Shown here piece by piece: positions 62,001 through 64,000 of a stretch of DNA of 64,000 bases (its first letter is position 1; every line of letters starts with the position of its first letter). Position numbers and translations under genes: made by a program. Under the pieces are notes generated by a model, which worked only from the letters and a program-made list of their open reading frames with translations, did not search any database and was not told where the DNA came from. Origin of the DNA: Kofleriaceae bacterium (lineage in GTDB: Bacteria > Myxococcota_A > Polyangia > Haliangiales > Haliangiaceae); NCBI GenBank assembly GCA_041389965.1, contig JAWKQV010000015.1, positions 111,041 through 175,040 on the forward strand, in the 5' to 3' direction.

Positions 62001-64000
62001 GCGTGGCGGCGGCGGCTACGGCGCCGCGGGCGCGCCGGCGGCGTTCGCCAGCGCGCTGGGTGGCTCGGCGGGGTACCGCGGCGACAAGGAGCGGGCCGCC
62101 GGCGCGCTGCTGCCGGGTCACGACTTCCTGGTCGACGAGGTCCGGGTCTTCGCCAACCTGGCGCTCGACGCCGATGGCGAGATCCGGCTGACGGCGGCCG
62201 AGCTGGGCGGCGGCGCCCACGTCGTGGTCCACGTGGTCGATCCCAGCGCCACCTCGCGCCACCTGATCGTGCGCGCGGCCGCGACCCCGACGGTGCGCGA
62301 CCTGCGCCTGGCCGCGGCGCTGCCGGTCGAGCTGCACCTGCGCGAGGATCGCCGGCTGGTGGCCGCGCCGGCGGGCACGCCCATCGTCGTGGCCGATCGC
62401 ACCACCGCGCGGGTCGAGCTGCTCGACACCGTCGACAAGCTGTACCGCGCGCTGTGCGCGCTGTCGGGGGACGCCACGCTCGCCGGCTGGGACTTCCTGC
62501 CGCGGTGGGCCAGCCTGCCCGAGGCCGAGCGCCTGCGGCTCTACACCCGCCACGCCTGCCACGAGCTGGCCCTGTTCATCTACGGCAAGGACCGCCCGCT
62601 GTTCGACCGCGCGCTGGCGCCGTACCTGCGCAGCAAGCTGCACCCGACGTTCATCGATCGCTGGCTCCTGGGCGACGATCTGACTGAGTTCCTCGAGCCG
62701 TGGCGCCTCGATCGCCTGAACGCCCTCGAGCTGGCGCTGCTGGCGCGCCGGCATCGCGAGGTCGGCCCGGCGCTGCACCGGCGCCTGGCCGACGCGGTGG
62801 CCCTGACCGAGCCCGATCCCGGCGCCGACGATCGCCTGGTCGACACCATCATCGCCGGCGGCGCGCTGGCCGGCGACGCGCTGGCCATGCCGCAGGCGGA
62901 GGCCGCGCCGGTGGAGCTGGCCGACGAGGCGCTGGCCGAGCCGACGCGCAGCGCGAGCTTCGGCGCGATGGCGCCGCGCCCGGCGCCGGCCCCGGCGCCC
63001 AAGGCCAAGAAGCGGGCCAACCGCCCGGCCGACGAGACCGACGACGAAGGCGGCGACCTGCGGCGCGAGGCCCGGCGCGAGCGCGCCGCCGCGGTGCCGC
63101 TGTACCGCGCCGTCGATCGCACCGAGGAGCTGGCCGAGCACAACTGGTGGCACCGGCGGGTCGGCGACGTCGGCCCCGACCTCATCGGCGCGGCCCGGCT
63201 GTGGCGCGACCTCGCGGCCCACACCGAAGGCCGGTTCCTCAGCCCGCACGTGGTCGACGCCGCCACCAGCCTGCCGGCGGCCATGGCGGCCCTGGCGTTG
63301 CTCGACCTGCCGTTCACTACCACGGCGCCGACGGTGGTCGCCACCGAGGCCGGCGCCACCGTCACGCCCGCGCGCGACGCGGTCGCCGCGGTGATCGAGC
63401 TGGCGCCGGTGCCGGGGCCCGCGCTCGGCTCGCTCCAGGTCAGCCAGCACTACCTCCGCCACGACGATCGCCTGCGCTGGGACGGCAGCGATCAGGTCGA
63501 AAACTACGTGACCGGCGAGCTGGTGACCGGCGCGGTGTACGCCTGCCAGCTGGTCCTGACCAACCCGACCAGCCGGACGCTGCGGGTGTCGGTGCTGCAC
63601 CAGATCCCGGCCGGCGCCATCGCGGTCGGCGGCTCCATCGCCACCGCCACCACCCGGTGCCAGCTGGCCGCCCACCACACCACCACCATCGAGTACCGCT
63701 TCTACCTGCCGCACCCGGGCGTGTTCACCCACTACGGCGCGCAGATCACCGGCATCGTCGACGGCGCGCCCGCGCTGCTAGCGGCGGTGCCGGCCCGCGC
63801 GCTGACCGCGGTGGCCACGCCGACCGAGATCGATCCCGACTCCTGGCCGCACCTGGTGGCCCACGGCTCGTTGGCCCAGGTGTGCGCGTACCTGGCCGAC
63901 AAGCCGCTCGGCCGGGTCGCGCTGGCTGACCTGGCGTGGCGCTGTCGCGATCGCGCCGCGTTCGAGGCGATCACCGACACGCTCGCCGCGCGCTGCCAGG
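59014..64000 (+). CDS. Very large hypothetical protein (>=1662 aa in window; no stop before window end) - absent from supplied ORF track
   Basis: Translated manually from ATG 59014 (MEIEQLEGLALSTDRGPALARLVAGSEDHDYW...). Frame continuity was checked codon by codon at 59521, 60001, 61021, 62041, 63001 and 63961, all in phase with no stops. Third positions are strongly G/C. No signal peptide or family recognised. Confidence 0.6.
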   Translation, partial: MEIEQLEGLALSTDRGPALARLVAGSEDHDYWTAIDHQHHGRLDAVDALLRGWANRHGDTARRQRLVRRQRLLRASVDLSAHAAALADELDVNFDHQPETVDAAAAYPTALDPALLEPRRVIAQAVARGDGLALVTPAGLATLDPAALDSHQRRQLLERLEHVDGPGLVAAVAAELTERGTRGFGALAIHGRLTLAQLEALVARVPALRQDPAWVGAVLTRRQPPFDVEWTDDLDARVGYLDATQAFVDGLPTVFAPLQALVRYHRLAAMLRRGRVDGAELRTYLASPRPSGGASASAAVVERWRGASLISVDGALARAVALAPIGDDEPLVRACVHALLADGPGDELAEVVDAAWLTRQRAEVRLLAGDVDPRWASHLGPVATAALRERVDLSFAPTNPPVWPRDQPVVLEVDVKHVPSLRVRVFRIDEAAWILARGQEVDPAIDLDGLAAGWEEVRELTAAPMVRQRLRLALDACARAGTYVVELIGGGQASRALIRRGRLACISRTTAAGAAVRVVDERGRACPTARLIRAGHEFSADERGEIHVPFSTEPRPTPVVLCDGDVASPAWLDRADERYQLTTRWQLDRQSLREGQVAQAVVRLDLRVGDRPASLDLLEEPYLELVTTDRRGVTAQRRTPVTVADGLDLEVELAVPAHLRSVVAAIGGRVRSLSQQQPIELRSERSFEVATIRDHDVTAAFHLRGDGRRRWLALLGTSGEPRAGRAVTLEVSTALTTVPVEATVATDAAGQVDLGELAGVTAVIATAGDVTARFELVPEVAVTRRHQTVTVGDEVVIPVAVDHQGGALPPTRWSVVELRGDAPCRSWAGQVIAEPGRLRVRDLPVGVYEVRAAGAVTGLWVAPASAAPGLAVSSRRLAAVRAGPPTTAQVEVDADDAVVVRVDAATAATRVHVVVTALWPTPALDDDLAGPPTPAPEAQLTPAPTVYLSGRDIGDEYRYVLDRQRQPRRPGVLLDKPALLLNPWALRTTQTSTQTARGGGGYGAAGAPAAFASALGGSAGYRGDKERAAGALLPGHDFLVDEVRVFANLALDADGEIRLTAAELGGGAHVVVHVVDPSATSRHLIVRAAATPTVRDLRLAAALPVELHLREDRRLVAAPAGTPIVVADRTTARVELLDTVDKLYRALCALSGDATLAGWDFLPRWASLPEAERLRLYTRHACHELALFIYGKDRPLFDRALAPYLRSKLHPTFIDRWLLGDDLTEFLEPWRLDRLNALELALLARRHREVGPALHRRLADAVALTEPDPGADDRLVDTIIAGGALAGDALAMPQAEAAPVELADEALAEPTRSASFGAMAPRPAPAPAPKAKKRANRPADETDDEGGDLRREARRERAAAVPLYRAVDRTEELAEHNWWHRRVGDVGPDLIGAARLWRDLAAHTEGRFLSPHVVDAATSLPAAMAALALLDLPFTTTAPTVVATEAGATVTPARDAVAAVIELAPVPGPALGSLQVSQHYLRHDDRLRWDGSDQVENYVTGELVTGAVYACQLVLTNPTSRTLRVSVLHQIPAGAIAVGGSIATATTRCQLAAHHTTTIEYRFYLPHPGVFTHYGAQITGIVDGAPALLAAVPARALTAVATPTEIDPDSWPHLVAHGSLAQVCAYLADKPLGRVALADLAWRCRDRAAFEAITDTLAARCQ

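Noticed and set aside
60853-63732. 959-aa reverse ORF and 58278..61319 (+) 1013-aa ORF near window end
   Set aside because: Poly-Arg/Gly/Asp junk. The convincing frame is the unlisted one starting at 59014.

Overview
This window is a roughly 70% GC (by eye) bacterial chromosomal segment, most consistent with Myxococcota: Ala/Arg-rich proteins, many lipoproteins, GTG starts, planctomycete/myxobacterial DUF1501/DUF1549 genes and a DUF2378-like protein. The long ORFs lying opposite real genes are the usual high-GC artefacts (they read like poly-Arg/Gly/Ala). I call about 55 genes and found no rRNA, tRNA or CRISPR.

Gene content in order:
- A divergent response regulator and an RsbW-like GHKL kinase/STAS partner-switch pair.
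- A four-gene secreted cluster: PSCyt1-like lipoprotein, small lipoprotein, DUF1501, and DUF1549/DUF1553 with CxxCH.
- HupE/UreJ and Hsp33.
- A large signal-less cell-wall hydrolase (DUF4157 HExxH, SLT, PG-binding and M15 peptidase domains) translationally coupled to an unknown ORF.
- TetR, a DUF2378-like protein, propionyl-/acyl-CoA carboxyltransferase, two PlsC-like acyltransferases, and a PilZ-like protein.
- An ArsR-SRPBCC-VOC operon and a TPR lipoprotein.
- Two tandem lamin-tail-domain/thermonuclease gene pairs, followed by an outer-membrane beta-barrel with ComEA-like HhH motifs.
- A YqiJ/NfeD-like membrane protein, a flotillin, and a 1768-aa protein with a C-terminal MoxR-like AAA+ domain.
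- A CxxCH lipoprotein with LysR, then a ferredoxin-reductase/MerR/diiron-oxygenase module.
- OmpA, a GH92 mannosidase, a ZIP transporter, an HflK/HflC-like SPFH pair, MFS, and a beta-lactamase-like hydrolase.
- A metal/copper cluster: His6 lipoprotein, TolC-like protein and multicopper oxidase; then an extensin-like protein.
- A very large ORF (over 1660 aa in-window) that runs off the window end and is absent from the supplied ORF track.

Most interesting candidates:
- The flotillin/NfeD-like/giant AAA+ ATPase trio.
- The DUF4157 multi-hydrolase with its coupled partner.
- The duplicated LTD-nuclease/HhH-porin extracellular-DNA cluster.
- Several perfect palindromes and AT-rich islands in divergent promoter regions.
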